Positions 1-19,285 are shown, counted from the first letter of the stretch. The stretch: DNA of 64,000 bases from Bugula neritina (GCA_964035545.1 OZ037769.1:682001-746000); one strand, 5' to 3'. Translations and numbers: made by a program. Notes: generated by a model from the letters alone, not told the origin.

Positions 1-122
1 ACTCTGAGATAATATAAGGATGTATATTAGACAATATATTAACCAAAGCTCATTGTCAACCAACTATAGGTCTACTTTGGACCTCTAAGTTTTACTGTTG
101 AAGATCGCTGTTTGTTGTAGTC

Positions 123-4314
<4,192 letters not shown>

Positions 4315-4987
4315 AGAATATTTTAAGTTTAAAAAGCACTGGCAAACTGAATACATTTGACTGGGTAATCTTGAAAGATAGAGAAAATTTCAAAATTAAA
4401 AAAAGTATAGTTTTTATGATTGCCATCAAATGTGTTGATAAACAAATTAAAGAAATAATTAAATTTTACTTTGGCTTTCAAATGTTTATATCCCCTACAA
4501 GTGCTCAGTACAATATATAATGAGCTGCCATATATAGGTACTTTATTAATGCAAAGAAAAATGTGGCCCCAGGTCTTCCAAACAAAATTCGGCCCCAGGT
4601 CTTCTAAACAAAATGTTAAGAGAGCCGTTTGCTTCTGCCGATAATATTTATGCGTATTGCAAATTTTTATAAGCAAGCTTTGGAACTATGTATTAATTTC
4701 TGGTCAGTTTTTAGGATGATATTTTGCATTCTTGAAATTACATTTGCTTACTCACTATGTATTTATTTATGAGCATATGTGTGCTGTTTGTGTTGTGTGT
4801 CATATACTTATACTAAAACAGTTGTTCCCAAACATTTTCACACCTTTCCCCTTTCCTAAACACTTGCTATTAATTACTACCTCTTTGGAAAGGTGCAGTT
4901 TATATGATAAGTGTATGTATAACTTTTCTTATACTCTGTTATAGTGTTGCGTTTACCCAGTATAGTGTAATCGTGCGTGGCTGCAAG

Positions 4988-5014
4988 GGTTTGAATCCCA
5001 GTAGGAGCGAAATT
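4988..5014 (+). repeat. Possible tRNA-derived SINE fragment (B-box-like ggtttgaatcccagtaggagc)
   Basis: A related copy lies on the minus strand at ~11631-11655 (ggttcgaatcccagtaggggcaatt). No full cloverleaf seen. Confidence 0.3.
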
Positions 5015-5634
5015 ATTTTATAAATAATTCAATTACAACATAATGATTGTATATAATAGTTACATTCTGCATGTGTATTATAGAACTATCAACTGCATGT
5101 GGGATTAGCGATAGTTAGATTGGCAGTAAGAGTAGGCAAGGTAAAAGCTATTTTCATGTCCAAACAGCATTGAAGGTATTATAGTTTAAAGCTTTCAGTT
5201 AAACTGAAAAATAGACAATATGCTGCTTTAAATTTGATTTTAAAAAATGCAAGCTTTTGTTCTAATGATTCGAAAAGACAACCTTGCATATTATCATTGT
5301 GCTTATTTTTAATGAAAATTTATTATTTTTACTATAGAAGCTTTTTATAAGAGCCTTTTAACAATTTTGGAATATTTTGTTTGTTAAAGGAATGTAGTTT
5401 TGTTGAACAATATTTATAATCAAACAATTATAAATATATATTTATTAATTATTCTTTCAACTCAACTAGCAAAGGAAGTTGACAAAATTTTGCCTTTAGA
5501 CTTAAAAAAGCTGTTGGAACTTCTTTATAGAGCGTGTAAAATGCAATTTCAGCAGTAAAAATGGTAAAGAAAATATTTTCTAAATTTTAAATTCTGAAGC
5601 AACGTGGAGCATTGTTTGACATTTGGAGTCTAAA

Positions 5635-8600
5635 ATGGGGGTAAGTATTAATATATACTCATAAGTTGATATTTAAAAGTTATATTATAGATAGTTGAGT
5701 GGAGAGTATGTTTAATTTAATATAATATATAATAGCAATAATGTTTTGTAATTATTTGAGTTTCTAGAACTATATTTGGTTATCAACTTATTTACTATCA
5801 AATATTTAACTGTATGGAATCTCAGTTTTTGAAGAGCAATTTGCATAGACTTATTTTGATATTAAAACGCTTTAGAGAGACTATAATGTGTGACCAGATT
5901 CATATGCCATACATGCAAAGTTAAAAGGGAATATACTTTATCTTCAAAAATTATTTAAATAATTGTTTAGATTACATAATTCATTTTGTAATTGCTTCGA
6001 AATTATTCTAAACAGACATAATGCTGAAACTTCAAATACTTTGAATAAATAGTGTTTTATTTTAAACAGTTCAAAGAACTTTTTGGCACAAACAATTCAC
6101 TATATAGATAAAGTATTACCTCTATTTATAATTTAGTTTTGTTTTAGGGTAAAATACTTCAGTTTCTGCTAACAATGATGTCTATTTGGACTGTGAATGG
6201 CCAAGGTATTCCCATTTCAAAGATGTGTGTAGATGCAACAGTAGATGTCAATGGTGGCATCGTAGGAAAAATAATTCACATACCAAAGAAAAGTCTGCCC
6301 GTAGTATGTGCTATAAAGCTATCCTTAGTTCCTAATACCGTTAAGCGCATCGCTATACCATATTTAGAGAGGCGTTTTGGTAACACCCGCTGCATTGTCA
6401 TCGGAGTAGATGGTGTAGAATATTGCTACGAGCCAAGTTCATCTGGTCTAATAATAGACGTGACAAGAAAGTATCTGGTGATTATTACTACTAAAAGTAA
6501 CTCCAACCAATTTACTTTGGAATTCTTCAGCAATGGTAAAGTGTTTGAGCAATTAAATTATATAGTGTCTGTTTTTAAATACTTTTAGTAAATTTATATC
6601 ACAGAAAATGGAAATTAGACAACTTAATTCTTTTCATGAATAATGTTTGATAAGAGCTTGTAGCATCCTATAGTATTAGAAGTTAGACTAGTATAGTTAG
6701 CAAATCACAATGGCCGACTAAAATATGTTTAAAAAATACTGTTATGATTTTCTGCAGATATTCAAAACTTAAATATGTTTTCTAGCTCACCGAAAATAAG
6801 CAAATAAAATCAACCTTCTATTTTCAACTCTAGTTTGTAAATAATTTCACAGGTTCTGATATATTTTTACCTATATACATGCTTGCTCAAATTGTATGTT
6901 TGTAGTTTTTTATTTGTGATTAAAGCATGGGTTTAAAATAAATTATTGCTTCCATTTTGAGTAGATTTTTACTAACAAGTTTAAAATTAAAATTTTAGTC
7001 CTTAAACTGTGTGAATAGAGTTTGTTCAATGCGCTTTTAGTATTGAGGTGCGGAGATAGTCTAGTGATACCAGAGAATCCTAAAGCAGAAGAACTCTCGG
7101 GAATCATAACCAACTCCGACTACACAGAGTCTGCGGAAGAGTGCACGTTCCAGATCTCTCGACTACACTGCCTGGCGGCGTATCTCAGATTTGAAGAAAT
7201 CGAGCGAATTAACGATCAGTTTAGCTCCTGGGAAATCAACCGAGTTGAATATCTCGTTTTACCTTCTCCATTTCAAGAAAGGTTTGCCAGCAGAAAGATT
7301 TCCATAAAATACAAGCCGGGGAAAGACCCCGCAACAAACTCCGTGCCGGCATCAAAGTTCATTCAAAAATTTACCAGTGAGTTTTTTAATTGATTAGTAC
7401 AAAGTTGATAGAAAAAAATACTTGTTTCCTAATAATCAAATATATAGAAAAAACTGATAATTATTACAAATGATGTTATATGATTTAAATTGCTTATGCA
7501 TGTAATTAAGTTGCTGCTAAAGGTTTTAAACCAAATATATAATGAATAATCTAGAAAAATTAATTAGAGTAAAAAAATTATCTGTTAGAGCTATAGTTTA
7601 ATGATGAGGTTAAATGTTACAGTGGATAAAATTGTAAACAAACTTTTCAATTGGTCAGGTTGACTTACTTTTGTTTTCATTTCACTAGTTGTAACCTGCG
7701 ATGGGAAACCACAGGTTCAGAACTTAGCCTATTCACTCGACAGTAATTACCCGTACTACCCGGGAACACAAGTAAAATATTTCTGTGAAGTTGGGAAATA
7801 CCAGTTGAAGGAGGAGGAACAGGTTGCTGAATGTGTAATGGAGGGGAAAACTCCAACATGGCGCAGTAGTGCTAAGATAGCCTGTGTTCCAGGTAAGAGG
7901 ATGTTTGACTGAACCATTTTATCCTGTTGAGACTAAATTGAAAAAATGTACTTTGAAAATAACTATTCGCAGCAACAGAATCTAAGCAGAAGCTGATGAA
8001 TGCAAGTTAATCTAACAACTCTTTTATGCAGTTCTGTATTGTTGTATTCCTGCAGTTGAATGCGATATTTCCAAGCTGACTCTAGAGAACGGCGTCATCC
8101 AAGCTAATCAGTACACGGGAGGCAGTGAGCTACTCTATGGCTGCAATTACGGTTTCTATAAATACAGAACCGTTCTCTGCTCAGACGCTGGCATTTGGCT
8201 CGACACTCCATTGTGCATCAAAAGTTACACTTTGAAGGATAAAAGTAAGAGTTGCCTTCTCTATGCTTATCTGTAATATTGTGTGGAAAATGTGTATAGT
8301 TTCAGCAAACAGTTGACTGGCCAATATGTTGGCAGCCCACTTGACAGCAAAAACTAGTATTTGATACACTAGCAGTTGATATTCAGACCTGAAGTTTGTA
8401 AACTGTTTTGAAATATTATGTTTGTTGACAAAAACTTTTTTTTAATTTAATTTTGCATTTTGAGCATTTTTTGTGCTAATACTAGCAGTGTTTCTACTCT
8501 AACTGAGAAATTTCAAATATCAGAATATCTTCTTTTAATAAAAGCTTCAACAAAAAAATTTATTAGAATTTTCTATTTATATTATCTCATTTTAGAAGAT

Positions 8601-9186
8601 GTATTTTATTTGCGCTTTTTTAAATGAAACTCTTCTTTTCAACCTCAACTATGCACAAAAACACATATCCGTAGTGTTGAATGACTGTAAACACTTCATA
8701 ACTTATTTTCAAACTTTACTAGCATATAAAACAAAAAAATTTAACTTTATTAAAAAAACTGTGCAGCTTTTGCACCTTTTCTCAAATGGATTCATTTTTT
8801 GTCACAATAAAAGATTACAATTAGACAGAAAAGCTTGCTTGAAAATTTCATAATGCAAGACCTTTTAAAGAACATTTAATTTAATTATTCAATATCTGCT
8901 ATGAATAAATTAAAAAGTGTTATTTTCTTTTAATTTTTTTCATTAAAAATTTATTAGAATAAAAGTTGTGGTCTATATACTGAACCTATATGTTTGTTTG
9001 CGTGGGACTAGCTAATATAACAGACATGTCTATTTTGTAGTTGTATTCAGCATTGCGATAGTGGTGTTGGTAATCACGATATGTGGAATGTCGTATGCTG
9101 TGGTTTATCTGAAGAGAGGCGAACAGAAGGCACGCTCCATCAAAGCACAATCCAGTCACAGATTAAAAGGGTTTTCTAGAATCTAA
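5635..9186 (+). CDS. Receptor gene R2: SP-CUB-like x2-CCP x2-TM-short basic tail, ~422 aa
   Basis: Exons 5635-5640 (ATGGGG|gtaagt), 6148-6535, 7041-7376, 7689-7892, 8056-8244, 9041-9186; frame open. CCP Cys/Trp pattern intact; TM IVFSIAIVVLVITICGMSYAVVYL; ends FSRI; AATAAA overlaps the stop. Confidence 0.85.
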
Positions 9187-10202
9187 TAAAATAGGGAGTA
9201 TTTTGATGATACATTGAAAAAAACTCTTTAAAAAGCATTCAAACTATATAAACAGTCAATTATTATCTAATCTTTGACATCAAAAATAATTTTATTTGTT
9301 TTATTAGTATACTATGAGCTAATAAAGTATACTTTGTTATATTTGTTTTAAGTATTTTTGCCTTGTACATAATGCTAGGGCATTGGTTAAATATGCAGGA
9401 ATTGCTACTAGATTACTATTGACTACACTAGCTATATGACTATACTATTGAAGATAAAAACATGTCAATAATGTACAAATCAATTTCTTGCGTTGATTTA
9501 TTAAATCTATTAGAAACATTTAAAAAATTATTTTTACAAATGAAAGTGTAAAATATAGTGTGAAATGCAACTATTAGTAAGTTTTTGTCTTTTTTAATGT
9601 TAGCTGTTATACCATATAAGACAGCATTATTACACACCTATTATCACGTATATATCATTCAGTGACGCTTACAATTTTTCAAAGCTAACTATAATTATAT
9701 GTGCATCATATTGTCTGTTTCTTCAGCAATACTGACAATAAAACTTGTTTTTTTGAACGGCTAATGAAGAGCAGGCAAATATGTTTATTGCTTGTTAAGA
9801 AACTGAACAAACAAACCATATAACATACAATCCCTTCGAGTAATGCACAAGTTGAAATACTCAAACAAAGGAGGTATAGTCGTACCCAATTATAGAAGAG
9901 TATCTCAGCATGAAAACTCTTTATTGAGAATATTGTATTGCATTAATAGTTTTATCTGTTTTATCTGTTGCAGCATTATCCCCAATGGAACTTAAAACTA
10001 AAACTGATTGTTGCAAATTTGAAAAAAGTTTTGACATTTTAGTAAACCATTATTGCACATACCAATCGACTATTGAAATACTTGCCTAATATTTTTCTAT
10101 TTATTTTTTCTTGTAATCATTTTGTTCAATAAAACTATACAAAGTGTTTTTAAATATTAACTTTGAATATTTTTTTGCTTTCTATTATAGCTCTGATGCA
10201 AA

Positions 10203-13200
10203 ATGGTAAGTAGGTATGTTACTGTGAGACTTCTTCACTAAAATGTTATTTTAATGAACATCTAATTATAAACTGGTAAAACTTGGTTCGCTGTGTTTTA
10301 GAGTGTGAAGTCTGAGATCCTCGTCTTGTATTACACCCTCCTGTCGTTCATAGCCGGTCAGACGGTAGAGCCAATAGATCTCTGTATAGAGAAGACATTA
10401 AAACTTAACAAAGGGTATTCTGGTGTCTTTAGACACACTAAGAGCACTCAAGCACCTTACAAGTGTAGTCTGAAGATTGCAGTTGCTGATGACACTCTTT
10501 TCATGGTGGCTGGCGTGAACCCCTTGGGTAAAAGGCAGTTCTGTAAAGCTCTTCAAATGGGCAATAAAAAGTTTTGTGTGGACGGAGTGATGCCCGGCCA
10601 TTTAATGAGGGTAAATCATGTTCCTGGAATTACCATATCAACTTGGAGTAACACGGAAAGCTTCAGTTTTCAGTTCTTCACCTCCAGTGAGCAAATTATA
10701 ATTAATTGTTATACAGTTGTGTTATTTTATACAGTTGTGCTATGCTACACAGTTGTGTTGTGTTCTACAGTGATGTTGTGTTCTACAGTTGTGTTGTGTT
10801 CTACAGTTGTGCAGTGTAACGAAGAGATTTATATCCCGGACAACCCGCAAGTTGAGCAACTGACCGGTTTGCTGCGGAGCTACCCTGAGGAGGTTGTCAA
10901 GTCCGGAAACTGTGAAATGACTATTCTCAATCTGGAAAAGCGGCACTTGACCATAAAGTTTGAGACGCTGTATAAATTCTTTGACAACTCATTAAACAAA
11001 TGGATCTTCAACAACAAAGAGTTTCCTTTTTTGCCGGCGGAGCTTCTCGTGCAAACAGAGAGCGGAAAAGTGTCAATGCAGTACCAATACAACGCCGATC
11101 CTACACATGGCAACATAGTAGCAGCTTTGTTTTACATTAAATTTACAGGTAAAGTACAAAATATATTTGCACATTATAACTGCAGCACTAATGTTTATTT
11201 TAGAACAAAAGTTTATTTTAAGCAAAATTTAATAATTAGAAAATGTTATTTCTTTTATTTAAAACGATCAAAGTTAAAATTTAAAACTCTTTGAAAAGTC
11301 ACATTTTAAAAGATATTACAAAATTAAAAAATCATCATATGACAGAAACTTAAAGTTTTAACTAAAAACTCATTGTGTCGTGTAGCTTTGCTATTTGAAG
11401 CTGTTAACTACAATGACAATGTATCCATTTTGTTATTCATTAGCACACTTTGATGGCCATAAGCTAAAATAAAACACAACTTTTCTAACATTCAATTTAT
11501 TATCACACAAAGCTTACAGACATATTATTATTTCACATGAATTACAATGCTGATGCGTGGCAGCATGTCATGGAAAGTAAATATGTAACTAAACAACTAT
11601 GAAAAGATTATCACAACTATTCTGTAAAACAATTGCCCCTACTGGGATTCGAACCACAGACCTCCAGCAACCAAATACGTCATGTGGGCTTGGGGATTCT
11701 TAACAACATTTTCTCTTACCAGTTCTGACTTGCGGTGAGAAACCTGTAATAGACCACCAGGACTACTCTCAAGCCGACAGCCGTCTTTGGTTTCCTGGAA
11801 CCAGGTTGGCGTATCGCTGCCGCAGTGGAACAGCTGCCAAAGAGACGTACAGATGTGTAGTGTCTAGCGGGAAGGCCATCTGGTACAGCTACTCTAAAGT
11901 TACCTGTCCCATCGGTATGTTTGTGAGATCAAGAATTCAGTTTAGGCATTTAAATTAAAAATATGGTTTTTTTTTGTTCTGGAATGTCAGTTTTCAGAAT
12001 CAGCTGCAGGAAATGCAGATTTGAAGAAATATTTAAAAAAACAGTTTGTCAGCTTTTTTAGTAACTTATTGTTTTAATAACTTATTATTTTTGTTAGCCA
12101 TTATTATAAAAATAGCCAGATACTATAAATATATTACATAGCCATTATATTATACTTTTCAATATAATAATAGTTTCTGTTTGCTTGCTAATATTGTAAA
12201 TACTAAGAAAAGCTTGAGGATGCGTTAAAGTCAACAAACTTTTAATTTGATGTATGTTTTCTCTTTTATACTTTCTTCTATAAAATAAAGTATATATATA
12301 AGGAAAAATACACTTAAAGTAACCACAATTTTTATCAATTCCCTGCTTTCAAAATTTCATTATATTTATTTTTAAAATGTTAGTCATAGAAGATGGTATA
12401 TATATATTACAATATTCTTTTTTAGTAAGTTCTATTAATTTAAAGCTTGTAAAATTCCCGTATCTGTTTTTGAAGTGTTTTTCAATCTTATTTTAGGAAA
12501 ATGTGAATATAAAAATTTTAAAATAACAAATGGGATAATACAAAGAGCAAATTATCGCTCCGGTGACTACTTAAAGTTCACATGTCAGGTAACCTACAAA
12601 AAGGCCAAAGATATCCTGTGCTTGTCAGATGGATTCTGGTCTGATGTACCTGATTGTGTTAAACAAACGTCCTATTACAGAGGTTAGAAAATCTTACATT
12701 AAACGTTTAGTCAACTATTCTATAAGCAAGCAAAAGTAACTATAAGAATTAGATAACTTCATACTGAAAGGGGTGCATAACAATTACCTACTATACCTAA
12801 AGAAAAACTCTGTCTTCGTAATATAGTGAATTGACGAAATATTTCAACAAAACCTATTCTGGCGGTTTTGCAGCTTATATAAACTACAACCTCTGATAAA
12901 TAGTACAATTTAATCAATTGACTTTTCATCTTTATGAAATGAAATAATAAACTCCTTTGTTTCCATAGCAGATTGATAACAAAACAGTTTACTTAACAAA
13001 TTCAGCTTATATGCTGTTGAAAAGTGATCTATATTCATTTTGTTTTGGATTTGTAGATATCGTACTTGGAATACTGGCAGGCATAGTGCTGCCATTGATT
13101 ACCACTTCTGTAGTATTCATGTATATCAAGAATCGACAGAAAAGAGGCAAAGTTGCTTCAAAAAGTGTTAGAAAGAAAGTCCGATCTTCTTCTCAAAAAA

Positions 13201-13208
13201 TATACTAA
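10203..13208 (+). CDS. Receptor gene R3: SP-CUB-like x2-CCP x2-TM-short Lys/Arg-rich tail, ~419 aa
   Basis: Exons 10203-10205, 10302-10686, 10807-11148, 11723-11914, 12497-12682, 13057-13208; frame open. TM IVLGILAGIVLPLITTSVVFMYI. Confidence 0.85.
10706..10812 (+). repeat. 18-bp tandem repeat x6 built from the exon-3 splice acceptor of R3
   Basis: CAG ends at 10716, 10734, 10752, 10770, 10788 and 10806 (exact 18-nt period). Confidence 0.9.
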
Positions 13209-14754
13209 ATTTTGATGACTGTTTAGAATTTCTATCTTATCAAATATTTAAATTTTGTTGCTTTTTTTGTAAAAATAAATGTGTATATACAATTGATGTG
13301 TGTATACTGATTATGTAAATGTATAGTTAATGCTACGTTTACTCAGTTTTTTCATATAATATATTCACTTTGTGTTCCACATGGCAGTTTGACCACCACT
13401 AATATTACCATTAAACATCTGTTAGATTAAGTACATCACAGTATTTCAGACAATGGGTGTAATAGCTATTGGAAGTTAATATACATGATCTATTATACTT
13501 TCGAGCAGTTATACATGTCGATAATAACTTTGCAACTATTGTTTGTGAATAAAAAATGTTTATAGTTATAATTATTCATGCAGGTATAGTCTTTTAATAA
13601 ATTTGAAACATGAATATAATTATAGTATGCCATAGTATTTTTAGCAAAAGAACTTAATTTGTGTTTTCAAATGTTAATATTTCAATCTTCTACAATATTA
13701 TGATAGTTGTTTCTCTGGAAATAAAATTGAGACTTAAGTTAACGTTATAATAATGATAATAATAATTGGGAACAAATTGGATAAAACCGTTCAGATTCTA
13801 TTGTTTGGACATTAAGTTACCGTCTACTACAAGTTGCATAGTGCAGTACTGCATGTCTGTTGTGCTCTATAACACTACAATTAGTAAATCATTTAAACTA
13901 TTGCCAATATACATAAATCTTATATAGCCTACTCTTATATATAGCGTAACTCTTATAATATACTCTTATATACGTAAACTCTTAACTTTGATAAACTTTA
14001 ATTTTATATTATATTTCCTTTATTTAGTTGCTGGCTTTGAAATATTTGCTTAATATTTAAAATGTTTATCAATATAGCAATGTGGTAAGAATATTAAAAG
14101 ATTGGAAGACAATAAAACTAGCAATTTAGGTTTCAATATGACTCAAGAGAATAATGCTTTTGTTCACTATAAAGTGATATAGAAGTCTTAGAGCTATGGC
14201 TTTGTCATACAGCTATATAAACAGCTTCTCGGGCAGTGAATTCAGCAGTTCAACTTGAAAGCTACAAGGTCACATGCAAACTGGGTTTTCAACATTACAG
14301 CTGGATTCTATTAAAAATGAACTTTTATCAATTCATTCTTTCACAGTTATATATATTTACATGTAGTAATTTTGATAAAATGTTTTAATTAAGAAATTTT
14401 CAATTACCAAGATGTGTATAGCTCCATTAATGACATTAAGTAGAATAATTGTTTTTCTAAAATCTATTTTAAAAATCTTAAAACTTATAACTGCTTAAAA
14501 TGAACTGCATGGTTTTTGCTCTTCTTTTATTGAAATGTGCAACAATTTTATAACTGCAACATATTTTGACATTGTAACTATAAAAAAATGCAACAAAGCA
14601 ATTTTTCGGGTAAAATTTTACAAGTTGTAAATTCAAAATTGTTATTCATAAACATTTTTCGATCAGATTTCTAAGTTATTTTAAGCTACTTATTCTCAAC
14701 TATTCTTCGTATATTAATTAAAAGCCCGGTTTAACAACCTGGTGAAGATAAACC

Positions 14755-17700
14755 ATGGTAAGTTATAAAGCTCTTGTATATAATAACCAAAATGTTAATT
14801 AAGATTTTGTGCAAAATTAAATTTCAATGCCTTTATTGAGGTAATTGAATTAATACATTTGGCTTATAACTTTATACCGGTCTTTTTTTCAACATTCATT
14901 TTTAATTGACTCATTTTAATATCCTCAACTTTTTAAACAATGCGAGATCATGCTTTGAGGATTACATAAAGTTTATAAAATTTTCGTAAGATATAAAAAC
15001 CAAATATTTTTCTTCAAATATGTAGTGCAGGACAAACAATATGTTTATATAGAAAAACATATGACTATAGCTTTAGATTCCAATACAGTAAGAACTTGTA
15101 AAATTAGTTGAGAGGTACAAATGCATGATTAGGCTATTGTCATCATATAGTTGAGCTAATAAGATTTCATATAACCTGCTATATCATTACAATTAGAATT
15201 TCTGAGTTGTTTATGTGAGTGATTTTGTTTCAGGTAGCGACTCAGCAGCTAATATTACTGACATTAGTCTACGCCCTCAGAGTTGCACATGCACAGGGAG
15301 TAAAGTCTATTAGCATCTGCTCTATTAAGACAGTAACCATCAGCAAAGGCCACCACGGCTACTTGACGTATACCAAGAAGGGAAAACTCCCACTCTGCTA
15401 TTTGGATTTAAGAGCTGATGACACTCGTTATTACATAAGTATCCCCAAAATGTTGTTATACGACCCCAACACGCAGTGTGCAAATGTGTTGAGAGTGGGG
15501 GTTCAGTTATATTGCCTGTCGAGCAGGGGGGCGGGGGCTCTGGAGCGCTTGTCTCCACATGCAAACCTCCGAATCAGTATCTACAGAGCCAGCACCAGTT
15601 TCCAAGTCACATTCTACACTTCAGGTATAAGTTCTGTTCGTAATCACCCTCATAAGTTGTGTTATTGATATTTTTTACATTTGGGAGCAAAATCATAGCA
15701 AATATAATTAAAAAAGATCAAGAGGGGAAATGGATGTGATTTTCTTATTTATAAATTTTAAGAAAGATAAATTTTACCTGTTATCTTGTGTATTTAATCA
15801 ATCCTGATGTGAAATATTTGCTAGAGAGACATCTATACAAACTAGTTTGATAATACTGAATCTATAAATGTGCCAACTAGACAGTTTTTTCTTGTTGTTA
15901 AATTTTAAAATTAGCTATAGTTTTAAACAATGAAATTAAATTCAAAACAACTTTTTTAAGATTTAAATTCAAAATTAAAAAAGCAGCTATTTTTATAATG
16001 TAATGCTGTTTTGGTTTAAAAAAAAGATTCAATGATAAAAGAAGTGTTTTAGAGAACTTTTCTTTAACAGCCTTTTCTATATTTCATGGAATAATGGTTA
16101 CCAGGCTCCTAAGTTTAAGCTCAAAGTTATGAGTTTTTGTGTGTTAACAAAATTCAGTAATCTATGAGAAACCATTGATTGGGACAAAACACTCTTGTTT
16201 CTTTCTTACAGTACCGTCGTGCTTTGATGAGGTAAGAATACCAGACCAGCCTGACCTAGCCCTGCTTTCCGGTGTTTTTGTATCAACTTTCACGCAGCAG
16301 GTATTTACTAACATTCGAACCTGCGAGATGAAAATCACAAACCTTAAATGCAAAGCGACACACGTGAGGTTTGACATTCAACAGCTTCAAATTATAGCAA
16401 AAAATTACGAACTACAAATTGCGGATAAGAATTTTTATTATACAAAAGAAGAAGGCAAGAGTCTACCCAGCAGAATTATCTTAGACTACCCTACGGATGA
16501 ACTCCTTGTACGAGTCAAAGCCGGGCAGAATAGCTATTCAGATGGACCTGCTACTGGATCATTTCGTATAGCCTATACAAGTATGTGTACAGTAAAGTAC
16601 TAAATATTTATTAGACTGAGATCTTATTCTTCACTTGTATAGTAAATCAACACAATTACACATTCATTGCTTTCTATCAGAATATTGTAATAAAATTATC
16701 CTTATATTAACTGACACAGTTTTTGTAAGCGGTTATAGCTGTCAATTTGATAGCGAAGCTACTCACGTAAAAGTTTCCATGCACAGCTAACTATATACAA
16801 ACTTTATTTGTTTCTATCTGTTCAAAAAGGCATATTTTTTATGTTTTTCTTACAAAATATTGATGAAATAGCGTACATTTCTAAGTAAAGCACGTGTTGC
16901 CAAAAGCAGATATAATTTTACAGTCCTTTGCTTAATTTGTGGGCAAGAAAACTAGGAGTGCATAAACAGTGTAATTGTTATTTGTAAAACTAGCTATAGA
17001 GTCTACGCTAACTTTCTTCACTATATAGTTTTAGCTTGTGGAGAGCTGCCTGTAATAGAGAATGTCACTAACATACCCTCAACCCCAGCACCATGGTATC
17101 CTGGTACAACAGTACGCTACACTTGTACTAATGGAAAGTTTAGGTTACTTCGAAATTCTTCATCTCGTTGCGAAGTTCATAGAGGTAAAGCACGTTGGAG
17201 TCACCAAGCACCGGCTATTTGTGGCCCTAGTAAGTACATTTAGATCTGTAAAAACCTGTTAATTTTTTTGCCTTAAGGTGAGTACATGGCACTGCAAGCA
17301 CCTGCCATTTGTCATTTACAAACACCTGCTATACCTGTCATAGCACATTTCCGAGTATCATATTATTGTCATTTCAACAACAACTATAACTTGTAGTTAT
17401 TTGCGATCTCAAAAAGCTGAGTGTCAAAAATGGAGTTATAGAAGCAAAGGAACACAAATGGGGAGAATTTCTTTCCTTCCGATGCAAAGAAGGTTACATT
17501 AAGAGAAGTGAAGTCTACTGCTCTGAATTCGGGCTCTGGGTGGGAAAGCCGAGTTGCTATAGAAACAACTACGCAGGAGAAAGAGGTTTAACTTAGTCTA
17601 GTATTATAATATAGATATATATATATGCATGTCTCTGTTAAAGTGACAAAGGAAAATTTACTTGACTGTGTTTGTGATAAGATACAAAAGAAAATTTGCC

Positions 17701-18439
17701 CAAAGAAGATTTTTAGATGTTTTATTCAAGGCAGAAATCTGGGATTCAATTTCAAATTAGCCTGTTTGTACTAGCAATAGCCTATAAGCTATATAACTTG
17801 TTTATACTAGCAATAGCCTAGCTATAACCTGTTTATACTAGCAATAGCCTAGCTTTAACCTGTTTATATTATCAATCATAGCCGTTGTGCAGCTGTATGC
17901 ACTAAAAATATATTTTACTTTGAATTTTGTAAGTTTTAAGCATCATAAAATATCTCAAAACTTGTTGAGGTCATCTTAACTTTGGCAGCGAGTAACACAA
18001 GTAAAAGTAGTTGTTTGCTGATTTAGGATATAGAATATTCAAAAGTGTCGTATGGTAATATTCTAACTGTAGGCATACAACTTAAGTTCTTTCTGAAACA
18101 ATAAGACTGCATGACAGTAGCTAAACTCTCAATATTATTAAATAAGGCTTTTGAGCTTTCAGGTTGCAGCCAAAAAGTTTCGAATTACATTCTAAAGTCT
18201 AAAAATATCTCTACTATATCAGCGTATCATCAGCGACAAAGAGAATAGGCAGATTCTGTATTATCATACACACTTCTCATTGGTTACATTTATTCAAACT
18301 ACAGGCAATAAGTTATTCCTATACTTTTGTAGGTATTTTTGTATCCATGCTGATAGTGCTGTTGGTAGGTATGGTAACGCTGACCTGTGTGATAGTATAT
18401 CTAAGGAAACGAACACCCAAACCAGCTACAGATACATAG
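14755..18439 (+). CDS. Receptor gene R4: SP-CUB-like x2-CCP x2-TM-very short tail, ~419 aa
   Basis: Exons 14755-14757, 15234-15624, 16212-16580, 17029-17229, 17397-17585, 18333-18439; frame open. TM IFVSMLIVLLVGMVTLTCVIVYL; tail RKRTPKPATDT. Confidence 0.85.
17758..17870. repeat. ~31-bp degenerate tandem repeat (tagcctagctataacctgtttatactagcaa), ~3.5 copies
   Basis: Visible repeated units in the last intron of R4. Confidence 0.7.
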
Positions 18440-18970
18440 AAGTTTTCACATCTTGACCAGGCTAATATAATTCTCACACAAATATATAGTTTTAATTTGT
18501 TTTGTTGCTCTACATGTAGAAAACTTGGCGATATCAACAGATGGTCTTTGAAAATGCTCTTAAAGAAAATGTCTTTTTTATAGAATTCTTTATGTCTGAG
18601 CTTGTCCTAATAAAGGTGTTGCCAGATTTTAGCTAACATTTTGTTAAAGCTATAAACTTAGAGTATTTTATTGAATAAAGGCAGACATATTGGAAACAGA
18701 ATTTTGAATGCACATGAAACATTCTGCTTCCAATATGTCTGATTTCATGTTTACTTGTACTTCTTTACAAGAATATAAATATTTACTTATTTTATTACAA
18801 TGCACTCCAATAAAGTATTGTATTAGAAAATGTGTAAAGAAACTAAAAAATTTTCTAACACAATTATATTTATTTATTATTTTTTTAATATTTTTAAAAA
18901 ATAGCATCAATTAAATGGCTAATGAAGTTAGCTCAGTACAAGCATTTTGTATACACTTGTATATCACTAA

Positions 18971-19285
18971 GCCTGGGGCCACACGGTGCGTATTTTCGCA
19001 TGCGAAAATTGAAATCACAAGTAGCAAAGGTGTCCACTGTAGCGTCAGTGATGCGTGATAAATAAAGCTTTCATTTTTAAATCGCACTCGCTTTCAATAA
19101 AACACAATTTACTGGAATGTAGCCCTAAAATAAAGAAATTGGGCTCGCTGAATAACTACCAGCCAATTAGGTGACGACGACAGAGACGATTTGCACTTGC
19201 ATTGAAAATGCTGAGCAACAAGTGCGGATGTTTTCTCAACTCGCACAGTGGACACCTTTGCTAATTGTGATTTCAATTTTTAGGC
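18971..19285. mobile_element. 315-bp non-autonomous DNA transposon (PIF/Harbinger/Tourist-like MITE)
   Basis: Ends gcct...aggc; subterminal inverted repeat aaaattgaaatcacaa(g/t)tagcaaaggtgtccactgt; TAA target duplication at 18968-70 and 19286-88. The paralogous site near 30680 is empty (cacTAAaacttggtg). Confidence 0.85.

Noticed and set aside
10305-11294. 329-aa ORF as a single-exon gene
   Set aside because: Paralog comparison shows two exons joined by a stop-free intron plus read-through into the next intron.
11631-11670. tRNA gene
   Set aside because: Only a T-arm/B-box-like stretch; no cloverleaf.
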